Shown piece by piece: positions 31,831-44,256 of a DNA stretch of 64,000 nucleotides; the first letter of the stretch is position 1, and every line of letters begins with the position of its first letter. The position numbers were made by a program, and so were the translations under genes. Source of the DNA: Eledone cirrhosa (Eukaryota); assembly GCA_964016885.1 (NCBI GenBank), contig OZ024740.1, positions 438,526,001 to 438,590,000 of the forward strand, read 5' to 3'. The notes under the pieces are model-generated. The model saw only the letters and a list, made by a program, of their open reading frames with translations. It had not been told where the DNA came from and did no database searches.

Positions 31831-32103
31831 TATCACTTCTATCTATCAATCTATTGCGCTCTATATATATCTAACTATCTCTCTGTCACTCTCTCATGTT
31901 GTCTCTCCCTCACCCTCACTTTCCCTCTATCACACTCTCTCTATTTCCCCCTCCCTTTCTTTCTAACTCTTCCCTCTTACTCAGGCTTGTTTCATTGATA
32001 AACATAGCTTCCATCATTGCCAGACTCTGGAGACTTCGCAGAATGTCTCAAATAATAAACGGAATTAGTAAAAATGCCATTATTCTCTAATAGCCGGATT
32101 TAT

Positions 32104-33221
32104 TTCAATGGCCTTCACTGTCGTCCTACATACATGGCGTTCCATGGCCTTCACTGTCGACCTACATACATGGCGTTCCACGGCCCTCACTGTCGACCTA
32201 CATACATGGCGTTCCACGGCCCTCACTGTCGACCTACATACATGGCGTTCCACGGCCCTCACTGTCGTCCTACATACATGGCGTTCCATGGCCCTCACTG
32301 TCGACGTACATACATGGCGTTCCATGGCCCTCACTGTCGACCTACATACATGGCGTTCCACGGCCCTCACTGTCGACCTACATACATGGCGTTCCACGGC
32401 CCTCACTGTCGTCCTACATACATGGCGTTCCATGGCCCTCACTGTCGACCTACATACATGGCGTTCCATGGCCCTCACTGTCGACCTACATACATGGCGT
32501 TCCATGGCCCTCACTGTCGTCCTACATACATGGCGTTCCACGGCCCTCACTGTCGACCTACATACATGGCGTTCCATGGCCCTCACTGTCGACCTACATA
32601 CATGGCGTTCCACGGCCCTCACTGTCGACCTACATACATGGCGTTCCATGGCCCTCACTGTCGACCTACATACATGGCGTTCCATGGCCCTCACTGTCGA
32701 CCTACATACATGGCGTTCCATGGCCCTCACTGTCGACCTACATACATGGCGTTCCATGGCCCTCACTGTCGACCTACATACATGGCGTTCCACGGCCCTC
32801 ACTGTCGACCTACATACATGGCGTTCCATGGCCCTCACTGTCGACCTACATACATGGCGTTCCATGGCCCTCACTGTCGACCTACATACATGGCGTTCCA
32901 TGGCCCTCACTGTCGACCTACATACATGGCGTTCCATGGCCCTCACTGTCGACCTACATACATGGCGTTCCACGGCCCTCACTGTCGACCTACATACATG
33001 GCGTTCCATGGCCCTCACTGTCGACCTACATACATGGCGTTCCACGGCCCTCACTGTCGACCTACATACATGGCGTTCCATGGCCCTCACTGTCGACCTA
33101 CATACATGGCGTTCCATGGCCCTCACTGTCGACCTACATACATGGCGTTCCATGGCCCTCACTGTCGACCTACATACATGGCGTTCCATGGCCCTCACTG
33201 TCGACCTACATACATGGCGTT
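32104..33221. repeat. 36-bp minisatellite, about 31 copies
   Basis: Unit CCATGGCCCTCACTGTCGACCTACATACATGGCGTT, very homogeneous. Confidence 0.98.
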
Positions 33222-33288
33222 GTACGAGTAAGACCAGACTCCAAATATTTCATTTTTTTCTCAATTTGTTAAAAATTTATTTACTCAA

Positions 33289-33297
33289 CAGTAGCAT

Positions 33298-33363
<66 letters not shown>

Positions 33364-33488
33364 CAGTAGTATTAGTAGTAGTAGGAGTATTAGTAGTAGT
33401 TGTAGTGGTGGTGGTAGTAGTAGTAGTAGTGGTGGTGGTGGTGGTGGTGGTGGTGGTGGTGGTGGTGGTGGTGGTGGTGGTGGTGGTG

Positions 33489-33583
<95 letters not shown>

Positions 33584-33657
33584 AGTAGTAGTAGTAGTAG
33601 TGGTAGTAGTAGTAGTAGTAGTAGTCGTAGTAGTAGTAGTAGTAGTAGTGGTGGTAG
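33289..33657. repeat. (AGT)n/(GGT)n microsatellite
   Basis: Direct reading. Confidence 0.97.
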
Positions 33658-34192
33658 TCTAGATGTCTAGGTGTCAAAGTTACAATATGTTGCTAGTATT
33701 TTTATATATATAACTGTTATACACCTTTTTATTGCTTATTAGGGCAGATAGAGAGAGGGGGAAAGGTGAGAGGGGAAGGAGACAGGAAGATGGGCAGAAG
33801 GGAGAAGGAGACAGGAGAGAGAGAGAGGGGGTAGAGTGGGGAGGAGACAGGGAGAGTGTGGTGGGCAAAGGAGAGAGGGAGAGAAGGGGGAAGAGGGGTA
33901 GAGGGGAGACAGGAGAGATAGAGAGTGTGTGAGGAGAGAGAGGGGGTAGAGAGAGTGAGGGAAAGAGAGGGGAGAGAGAGGGGAGGGAGAGGAGACAGGG
34001 AGAGAGAGGGGAAGAGGAAACAGGGATAGAGAGAAAGAAAGAAAGAGAGTCTGCTGAGACAACTAGTTATGTGAGTACTCGATACATGGGGATATGTAGA
34101 GAGGCTTGCTGAGCACACGCTGTAACGACATGGTACCGCAGTCTAGATTTTAACTCTTTCTCATTCTCTCTCTCTCCTCTGTCTCTGTATAT

Positions 34193-34343
34193 AAATAGGA
34201 AAATGTATGACCCCGACGGCAGAGCTCAAGCCGTTTCGACGGCTCTATTTCTGGACTAACTCTAGTCCAGAAATAACTCTAGTCCAGAAATAGCCGTCGA
34301 AACAGCTTGAGCTCTGCCGTCGAGGTCAAACTTTTTCCTATTT
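34193..34343. mobile_element. Short inverted repeat with the 3' half of a hammerhead in each arm
   Basis: Arms about 34193-34258 and 34280-34343; GAAACGGC-loop-GCCGTC (helix III plus GUC); central 17-bp duplication. Confidence 0.6.
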
Positions 34344-34417
34344 CCCACTCTACTACCCTAAGTATTGAGTACTCTGGTGCGTTATGGTCCACCTGGTTCC
34401 TTACAACAATTCCTTCG

Positions 34418-34451
<34 letters not shown>

Positions 34452-34454
<3 letters not shown>

Positions 34455-34998
34455 TATGTATGTATGTATACGTACATACATATATGTATACAGACGTACA
34501 GTAGTATGTATATATATACATACATGCACACATATATATATGCACGTATCGGTTTACCGAACATTTATTATATGCCCGGCCGACTGAACTCACTCGATAT
34601 GCAAATTAGGCTGCTCAGCCGTTAATATGCATAAGGAAAGTATATACTTTCAGACGTTTAACCATCTCGCAGGAAGGTATACGATGCTGACGATAGCTAA
34701 TAAGCTTGAAACTAGTACATCGTTCCTGTGTCAGTGTTGAACAAAAAGGTGACGTGGTTGCCTAAACACTGTACGGCGTAATTCGGGCTGTTTGTCTGTT
34801 TACAAACAAACAAACCGAGCATTATGAATGTTCGGTAAACCGATACGTGCATATACATATATGCGTGCATGTATGTATATATATACATACTACTCTACGT
34901 CTGTATACATATATGTATGTACGTATACATACATACATACCTACATTTAAGTAAGTGCGGTCCTAAGGGTGAGATATGAAATTTCGTTTCATTCTATT
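34452..34998 (+). mobile_element. Retrozyme-like family A, copy 1, with inverted 5' segment
   Basis: Homologous to 39368-40375 and 47205-47575; about 34452-34565 is an inverted copy of about 34827-34940. Confidence 0.8.
34681..34723 (+). ncRNA. Minimal type I hammerhead ribozyme (family A)
   Basis: ACGATG-CTGACGA-tAGCTaataAGCTt-GAAAC-TA-GTA-CATCGT: 6-bp helix I, 4-bp helix II, palindromic ACTAGT helix III, GUA site. Confidence 0.88.
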
Positions 34999-35027
34999 CT
35001 CTCTCTCTCTCTCTTTATATATATATA

Positions 35028-35120
<93 letters not shown>

Positions 35121-35155
35121 GTATGTATATATATATATATATATATAATATATAT

Positions 35156-36375
35156 ATACATTATGAAGAGAGAAGAAACATTTAGATATAATTAGTAATA
35201 AAATGTATCATACCTAAACTGTTCCTAAATTCCTCGACTACGTAGTTTCGTGGCATAAACAAAAACAATATATCAAAGATATAGAGTCCTTGCGAGGTCT
35301 GCCGACTTATCAAGAGGATACCTCATTTTACTAGTCTTAAGAACGCGTCTACACGACGTGAGAAAGAATCCCAAAAGGCGGAGGGGGAGACAGTCACGCG
35401 ATATAACGGTCGAGAAACAGAGCTAAGCCTCTTATAACCACGAAGAAAATACCACGGAGGCGGAGGGGGTATTCATATCGAGGCCGTAGAAGAGGTAGTG
35501 AAGAAGGCGAGAAGTATGAGTAATGGAAGCTTTCCAGTTGTCCCCACACTTCAAAGATTGCTCGACCAGAGGGAGTTATTAATATATTTAGAAACACACA
35601 GATACATGCGGACACACACATATATACATGAATGCATCCGCACCCTCTGATACTGGTTCAGTCTGGTTCAAACTGAATTGGTCTGTCCCAGTCATTCATT
35701 GAGCAACATCGGTGAAGTTGGCACCCTTAACTCACAGTTGGGTGCGGATGCATTCATGTATATATGTGTGTGTCCGCATGTATCTGTGTGTTTCTAAATA
35801 TATTAATAACTCCCTCTGGTCGAGCAATCTTTGAAGTGTGGGGACAACTGGAAAGCTTCCATTACTCATACTTCTCGCCTTCTTCACTACCTCTTCTACG
35901 GCCTCGATATGAATACCCCCTCCGCCTCCGTGGTATTTTCTTCGTGGTTATAAGAGGCTTAGCTCTGTTTCTCGACCGTTATATCGCGTGACTGTCTCCC
36001 CCTCCGCCTTTTGGGATTCTTTCTCACGTCGTGTAGACGCGTTCTTGAGACTAGTAAAATGAGGTATCCTCTTGATAAGTCGGCAGACCTCGCAAGGACT
36101 CTATATCTTTGATATATTGTTTTTGTTTATGCCACGAAACTACGTAGTCGAGGAATTTAGGAACAGTTTAGGTATGATACATTTTATTACTAATTATATC
36201 TAAATGTTGCTTCTCTCTTCATAATGTATTTTTAACTCTGATACTGGTTCAAACTGAATTGGTCTGTCCCAGTCATTCATTGAGCAACATCGGTGAAGTT
36301 GGCACCCTTAACTCACAGTTGGGTGCGGATGCATTCATGTATATATGTGTGTGTCCGCATGTATCTGTGTGTTTC

Positions 36376-36383
<8 letters not shown>
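35156..36383 (+). mobile_element. Non-coding PLE/retrozyme-like family B: 490-bp inverted arm, 581-bp unit, partial tandem copy
   Basis: 35156-35645 is the reverse complement of 35740-36229; 36236-36383 repeats the unit start. Flanked by (TA)n. Confidence 0.85.
36067..36154 (+). ncRNA. Type I hammerhead with U3:A8 core and long helix II (mirror copy at 35231-35318, minus)
   Basis: TCCTC-TTGATAA-GTcGGCA...TGCCAC-GAAAC-TACGTA-GTC-GAGGA. Confidence 0.8.
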
Positions 36384-36469
<86 letters not shown>

Positions 36470-36589
36470 CTTAAACACGTGGTTATAATACCTAACATGT
36501 TTAAATGACCAGCGTGTATATTGTTTTATATTTTAAGATGACCTCTACTTACCCTCTTGGGGGCAGCGTGTATTTTATCTTTGAGAGGA

Positions 36590-36995
36590 CTCCTGGATTT
36601 TCGAATCTACCAGTCTCTCTTTAGCGCTGAAGGAGACCATCACTACTCTATTAATGTCGATGTAATTTTTATATCGATATTATTTGGGCATCCACTGATG
36701 AGTTTCTAAGTGCCTGCTTGTGTATAAAACTATGGATTATATAAAAGTTTCTACATACCCTGGACATTATTTATCCCAAATTGTAGAAATCTTATAACGA
36801 AACGATCGTCTGGAAGGAAAGAGATATTTATTTAATTATGTCTCATAAAATAATACAACCAGCTATCCACGAAATACTGATTAGTTAGCACCCCAAACAC
36901 TAAATTGGGAAATACTTAGGTATATCCTAATGTTTGTTGAGTGAGATGGAGTTGGTCAGAGTATCGCTTAAGGCCTCCTCTGTTAATGTATTAAA
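36590..36995 (+). mobile_element. HHR-bearing family C element
   Basis: Homologous to 60288-60660 (minus) and partly to 62645-62832 (minus); ends in (TA)n. Confidence 0.7.
36691..36814 (+). ncRNA. Type I hammerhead with a 97-nt helix II domain
   Basis: TCCA-CTGATGA-GTT...AAC-GAAAC-GATC-GTC-TGGA. Confidence 0.72.
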
Positions 36996-37075
36996 TATAT
37001 ATATATATATATATATATATAATGAGAGACGTAAAATAAGGAAATTATAAAATTAACTTACTTACTAAAATATCA

Positions 37076-37155
37076 CTTCCAACTAATTAGTTTCTGGAAT
37101 GGAATAAATATATTTTCCGAAGAAAACATTGAGAATCATTACGTCGTCATGGAAG
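37076..37155 (-). ncRNA. Degenerate hammerhead
   Basis: CTTCC-ATGACGA...GAAAC-TAATTA-GTT-GGAAG; C3A change and GUU site. Confidence 0.45.
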
Positions 37156-37311
37156 ACTATTCTCATCTAAGTATCCAGGCAAAGCGTGGACTCTGGAAAC
37201 TTATTAAAAAATAATTCAGTGGATAGAAAATAGCAAAGCGTGGACTGAATTCCTAGCCATTGAGAAAATCACTGCCTCTGCGTCGGTGGCAGACGTTACT
37301 AGATATTAATT

Positions 37312-37395
<84 letters not shown>

Positions 37396-37465
37396 GAAAA
37401 AGGGATGAAATCGAAAATGCAACTGAAGTCTTATTTTTTTTAAAAATATATATATTTATTTGGTT

Positions 37466-37503
37466 CCTTTACTGGTTTCGCAGTTGTTCTGCTTTTCAAA
37501 AGG
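37466..37503 (-). ncRNA. Minimal type I hammerhead with U3:A8 core (family D; element about 37395-37535)
   Basis: CCTT-TTGAAAA-GCAG-aacaa-CTGC-GAAAC-CA-GTA-AAGG. Confidence 0.75.
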
Positions 37504-38520
37504 TGAGTTGAGATGGAGGGTCTGTGGTTTTTCTCACATCTGGTTGGTCTCTAAATGTTACTTGTTTTATATGGAAAAAGTGTCTCGAAAGCCAGGTTTT
37601 TCGAGAAGTAATTTGATTGGTTTGTCAATAATTATAATAAATTTCGCGCCAGTTCGCGTTACAATAGTTCTTCAAATAAGAGAGGGGGGGTTGTCACAGG
37701 TTGTTTTTTCATATATGAGTGTTTGAATTTCTTTTTACTTGAAAAAATGAGGCTCACGAAGGCTTTTTTTGGTTGGTTATAAATGAAATTTGGCTGTCAC
37801 GTGAACAAGTTTTCATTACATTTTTGCGCCCTTATTTGGAAAACTATTCTGTAGTCTTTATAGTGAATGTTATGACAATGGAGAGATAGTGGTCAAGGGA
37901 AAAGGGATTGGGAGAAATGTTCTGGTTCAGTGAATATGGCCAGCTGTCAGAGTTCAGATTTTCTATTGAGACTGAAGATATGTGTTTATTTGTGTGCTTG
38001 TGTGTGTGTATATATGTGTGTGTGTGTGTATGTGTGTATTGGAAGATGATTCTATTAGTAGAGATCGGGGAGGGAGTTGTGTGTGTGTGTATATGGGTGT
38101 TATGTGTGTGTGCGCGAGTATGTTAGATGGAGAGAATATATATTTTGTGTGTGTGTATATATATATATGTGTGTAGGAAAGTGGTTCTATTAGTAGAAAT
38201 GGGGAGGGTGTTGTAGGTGTGGGGGTTGTTATGTGTGTGTATGGGTGTTATGTGTGTGGGAGTATGGTTAGCATGTTAAGATGAAGAGAATATATATATA
38301 TATATATATTTTGTGTGTGTGTTTGTATGTGTGTGTGTAGGAAAATGATTCCTTTAGTAGGAATATTTTTGAATGAACATATTTTCCTGACTTTTTCGTG
38401 TTTGCTGTTGTATTGCCAGTGCAAACGTATGTTAAGGTTTATTTAGTTCGGGTTTTTATTTTCTAAAGTAGAAGGTGTTATGTGTGTGTGTGTATGTCAC
38501 ATATATATATATTTATTTAT

Positions 38521-38595
38521 ATATTTATTAAAATAACAGATTAAAGTTTAAGCAAAGAATCGCTGCTTTCACCCTTAACGGGATCTTCTGAAACT
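38521..38595 (-). mobile_element. Terminal fragment of the 44257-46908 PLE family
   Basis: Near-identical to 44257-44331; bounded by (TA)n. Confidence 0.75.
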
Positions 38596-38635
38596 ATATA
38601 TATATATAATAAATAAATATACATGTATATATATA

Positions 38636-38689
<54 letters not shown>

Positions 38690-38693
<4 letters not shown>

Positions 38694-39305
38694 AATGTAA
38701 TCTGAGTGTTTCGAATATTAATAATAACATTCGATTCGGTAGCAATTAAGCAAACAAGCCTCATTTTTAAAGCCATATCAGTAGAATGAACACTTAATTC
38801 TTGCTCTTGTGTTGGCATGTGACAGAACTGCAGACACTAATGTTTCTGGGTATCACCCACCCTTCATCAGTACAGTTCACTGTTCACCTGCCAAACTGTC
38901 AGAGCTAGTGAAAATATATGCTATTTTCAATAATACACAGTGACTGATCGGCCTGATTTGCATATTAGCAGACTGGCTGATAAGGTACATCTGCATATTA
39001 GCAGATCCACTGATCAGCCAGATTTGCATATCAGCAGACTGGCCAGTCAGTTTCCTGTATACGAGCGATAGATGGCCGGCTTTGCTAAATTCAAATAAAA
39101 AGAAAATTTTCGGTCTACAGTCACTGTGTATTTTAAAGAATAGCATATATTTTCACGAGTGTCTGCAGTTTTGTTCACATGCCAACACAAGAGCAAGAAT
39201 GAAGTGTTCATTCTACTGACATGGCTATAAAATTGAGGCGTTTGCATAATTGCAAACGAATCGAATGTTATTATTAATATTCGAAAACCTCAGATTACAT
39301 TTATT
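38690..39305 (-). mobile_element. HHR-bearing family F element with nested inverted repeats
   Basis: Outer arms 38690-38838 and 39158-39305; inner arms about 38908-38947 and 39118-39156; roughly 30-bp internal tandem repeats. Confidence 0.78.
38825..38878 (-). ncRNA. Type I hammerhead ribozyme, near canonical
   Basis: GAACTGTA-CTGATGA-aGGGT-loop-ACCCa-GAAA-CAttagTG-TC-TGCAGTTC: 8-bp helix I, GUC site. Confidence 0.9.
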
Positions 39306-39332
39306 GTATTCAGATATGTAGAGCGAAAATTT

Positions 39333-39370
<38 letters not shown>

Positions 39371-39684
39371 AAAAGAATGAAACGAAATTTCATTTCTCAC
39401 TCTTAGTACGGCTGATACCTAAATATAAGTAAGTATACGTACATACATATATGTGTACAGACGTACAGTAGTATGTATATATATATACATACATGCACAC
39501 ATATATGTATGTACGTATGGGTTTACCGAACATTTATTAGAATTTTCGTTTTTTTTCCATTTATCGTTTTCGGTGCGCCCGGCCGACTAACTCACTCGAT
39601 ATGAAAATTAGGCTGCTCAGCCGTTAATATGCATAAGGAAAGTATATACTTTCAAACGTTCAATCATCTGACAGAAAGGTATAA

Positions 39685-39723
39685 GATGCTGACGATAGCT
39701 AATAAGCTTGAAACTAGTACATC
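39685..39723 (+). ncRNA. Minimal type I hammerhead (family A, unit 1)
   Basis: GATG-CTGACGA...GAAACTAGTA-CATC; predicted cleavage after 39719. Confidence 0.85.
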
Positions 39724-40121
39724 GTTCCTGTGTCAGTGTTGAACAAAAGTACGACGATGGTAGCCGAGCACTGTACGGCGTAATTCAGACTGCTTGTTTA
39801 CAAACGAACCGAACATTATAATAAATGTTCGGTAAACCGATACGTACATATATATATATATATATGAGCATGTATGTATATATATATATACATACTACTG
39901 TACGTCTGTACACATATATATATGTACGTATACATACTTATATTTAGGTATCAGCCGTACTAAGAGTGAGAAATGAAATTTCGTTTCATTCTTTTCCATT
40001 TATCGTTTTCGGTGCGCCCGACCGACTAACTCATTCAATATGCAATTTAGGCTGCTCAGCCGTTAATATGGATAAGGAAAGTATATACTTTCAAACTGTC
40101 AATCATCTCACAGAAAGGCAT

Positions 40122-40164
40122 ACGATGCTGACGATAGCTAATAAGCTTGAAACTAGTACATCGT
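40122..40164 (+). ncRNA. Minimal type I hammerhead (family A, unit 2)
   Basis: ACGATG-CTGACGA...GAAACTAGTA-CATCGT; predicted cleavage after 40158. Confidence 0.88.
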
Positions 40165-40607
40165 TCCTGTGTCGGTGTTGAACAAAAGGGCGACGATGGT
40201 TGCCGAGCACTGTACGGCGTAATTCGGGGTGTTTGTTTACAAACAAACCAAACGTTATAGTAAATGTTCGGTAAACCCATACGTACATATATATATATAT
40301 GTGTGCATATATGTATATATATACATACTACTGTACGTCTGTACACTTATATGTATGTACGTATACATACTTATATATATATACATATATATATATACAA
40401 ATATATATAGATATATATACATATATATATATGTACGTATACATACTTATATATATGTACGTATACATATTTATATATATATATACATGTATATATGTAC
40501 GTATACATAATTATATATATATGTACGTATACATACTTATATATGTGTACGTATACATACTTATATATATGTACGTATACATACTTATATATATGTACGT
40601 ATACATA

Positions 40608-40664
<57 letters not shown>

Positions 40665-40818
40665 CTACGAAGCGAGATTCGTATCAGCAAACTTATAGTT
40701 ATAAGGTTGGTAATTTAAAACTCTAATTCAGAGATATATATAATATATATACATATATATATACGTGGGAAAGTAAAGAATCGGAAAATAGACCGTTAAA
40801 ACATGTTTATTTAAAACA

Positions 40819-40858
40819 GCACCTACGTACGTTTCGCCCAGTTGGGCTTCTCAAGGGC
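40819..40858 (-). ncRNA. Minimal type I hammerhead with U3:A8 core
   Basis: GCCC-TTGAGAA-GCCC-aact-GGGC-GAAAC-GTAC-GTA-GGtGC. The plus copy at 41742-41776 lacks the 3' strand of helix I. Confidence 0.8.
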
Positions 40859-40876
40859 ATAAATAATAAACATGAC

Positions 40877-41443
40877 GTGCGGAATGACAATCGCACCACC
40901 TCGCGTGCTGTGGGTTGTAATTGTGCTAACGACAGCTGCGGTAGCGTAGGTAACAACGTAGGCATCAACAATGATAGCCTTACCGTGGGAAATAGACGGA
41001 ACCGCGACAGAAATTGCAACTGCCGCGACAGAGGACGCTGCCCACTTAGAGGATACTGCTTGACTGATAGGGTTATATATAGATGCACTATTACTAGCCA
41101 CAATAGCGTTAAACATTATATAGGGGCCACCTCCGGCCCTTTCAAAATTAGGTTTCGAACACATCTCCACTCTTTCACAAATAGAAAACTAAGGCACTCC
41201 ACTTCGCTCGCGGACTACATCACATCACTAAAGGACTTAAACATCAGCTTCTCCACGCACTGGGAGATTGTCGGCAGGGCTGCACCGTACAACTTAAAGA
41301 GGAAATGCGATATTTGCCTCATGGAGCTCTACTACATCATAACTGCACCCCACGAGCTCATCAACAGCAGAGCTGAAACAGCGATAAGTTACACACATCG
41401 CTTAAAAATATCCTTCTTCAGATGGGTTAAGGAGGAAGAGTGA
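40877..41443 (+). pseudogene. PLE GIY-YIG endonuclease C-terminal fragment
   Basis: CNCRDRGRCPLRGYCL, VIY...YIG, FKIRFRTH, CDICLME, terminal His. Confidence 0.9.
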
Positions 41444-42010
41444 AACAGTACACTGGATCTCCCTGCAACAAATCTTAATACCCCGGCGGGAAGGCGCTGC
41501 AAAATAACACCCAGGAAACAATCCTTGCATGCCAGACCCAGCCCAGACAAACGGATGCGGCAAAAACAAAAAAAAACAAAAGAAATTGTCCGGGAAAGAA
41601 TGCCCTAACACCGGCCAGAGTTACCTCCCCTGACCTGCTGCAAAATCAAAACAAGATATTTTTGCGAGCAATGAACCTTGATGTGGATTTAACCCCCAAA
41701 ACTCTTTCCGAGCAATATAAGGAACACTTGTAATTATTTATGCCCTTGAGAAGCCCAACTGGGCGAAACGTACGTAAATAAACATGTTTTAACGGTCTAT
41801 TCTCCGATTTTTTACTTTCCCACGTGCTTACGCTCTGCTAACTCTCTAGCCCACTAAATATTAACACTTCGAATATTTAATACTGCCGGCACTAGTATCG
41901 AGCACCTTTGGCATACGCTACTGGGCAAATAACTATATGTATCACCTATCCTCCCCTTTTTTCTCTTTCTCGATACGTAAATACTGTATTACATATATAT
42001 ATATATATAT

Positions 42011-42088
<78 letters not shown>

Positions 42089-42090
42089 TA

Positions 42091-42125
<35 letters not shown>

Positions 42126-42166
42126 CATATATATAAATACATATATATATACATATATATTTATAC

Positions 42167-42287
<121 letters not shown>

Positions 42288-42300
42288 CATATATATATAC

Positions 42301-42375
<75 letters not shown>

Positions 42376-42396
42376 CATATATATATACATATATAC

Positions 42397-42427
<31 letters not shown>

Positions 42428-42439
42428 CATATATATATA

Positions 42440-42689
<250 letters not shown>

Positions 42690-42739
42690 GTATATATATA
42701 CATATATATATATATATACATATATACATATATATATAT

Positions 42740-42804
<65 letters not shown>

Positions 42805-42833
42805 TATATATATATACATATATATATATATAC

Positions 42834-42908
<75 letters not shown>

Positions 42909-42914
42909 TATACG

Positions 42915-43140
42915 ATATTAATAAATGGAAACTATATTTATAAAACCATATTTATTTCATTATACGTTTTTCAGGGATACCAAATTAAATATGGTATGCC
43001 TTCATCAGACAAAATACAATATATAATAGTTTTACAAATAAGCTTTGACGTACCCTATTAAATACTTGTCGAGTGCTTTATATCAGTTATAAAAATATTT
43101 ACTTGTTGTATCCCAACAATTTTAAATAGAACTTTGCATA
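42915..43140. mobile_element. Remnant of the 54.7-60.3 kb PLE family 3' end (inverted HHR part plus direct tail)
   Basis: 42915-43055 resembles 54750-54895 (HHR at 42954-43015, minus); 43060-43140 resembles 60190-60267. Confidence 0.75.
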
Positions 43141-43237
43141 TATATACATATATATATACATATATATATACATATATATATATACATATATACATATATA
43201 CATATATATATATATACATATATACATATATATATAC

Positions 43238-43268
<31 letters not shown>

Positions 43269-43452
43269 CATATATACATAAATACATAAATACATATATA
43301 TATACATATATACATATCTATATATATACATATACATATATACATATATCTAAGGCGGGTAAAATTCCCGAGATATATACATACATATATATACATATAT
43401 ATATACATATATATATGTATATATATATATATATTTATATATATATTTATAC

Positions 43453-43531
<79 letters not shown>

Positions 43532-43594
43532 TATATACATATATATATATACATGTATACATATATATATACATATATACATATATATATATAC

Positions 43595-43627
<33 letters not shown>

Positions 43628-43648
43628 CATACATATATATATATATTC

Positions 43649-43679
<31 letters not shown>

Positions 43680-43706
43680 TATATATATACATATATACAT
43701 ATATAT

Positions 43707-43737
<31 letters not shown>

Positions 43738-43756
43738 AACATATATATATATATAC

Positions 43757-43791
<35 letters not shown>

Positions 43792-43910
43792 CATATATAT
43801 ATATATACATATATATATATACACATATATATATATACACACACACACATATATATACATATATATATATATATATACACCTATATATATACACATATAT
43901 ATATATATAC

Positions 43911-43963
<53 letters not shown>

Positions 43964-43987
43964 CATATATACATATATATACACATA

Positions 43988-44045
<58 letters not shown>

Positions 44046-44164
44046 TATATACATATATATATATATATACATATATATATACATATACATATACATATGT
44101 ATATATATACATATACATATATATATATATATATATAGATATATATAGATATAGATATATATAG

Positions 44165-44255
<91 letters not shown>

Positions 44256-44256
44256 T

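Larger units (their letters stand above)
39368..40375 (+). mobile_element. Retrozyme-like family A: inverted end followed by about 1.9 tandem 439-bp units
   Basis: Direct repeat offset 439 (39557 vs 39996); 39368-39538 is inverted relative to about 39820-39998. Confidence 0.88.
40763..41825 (+). mobile_element. 5'-truncated Penelope-like element with inverted terminal copy
   Basis: 40763-40867 is the reverse complement of 41733-41825 and brackets an endonuclease-coding segment. Confidence 0.88.

Noticed and set aside
35394-35991. Identical 75-aa ORFs on opposite strands (similar pairs at 44957/45998 and 56095/58643)
   Set aside because: By-products of the inverted repeats with no protein-like features.
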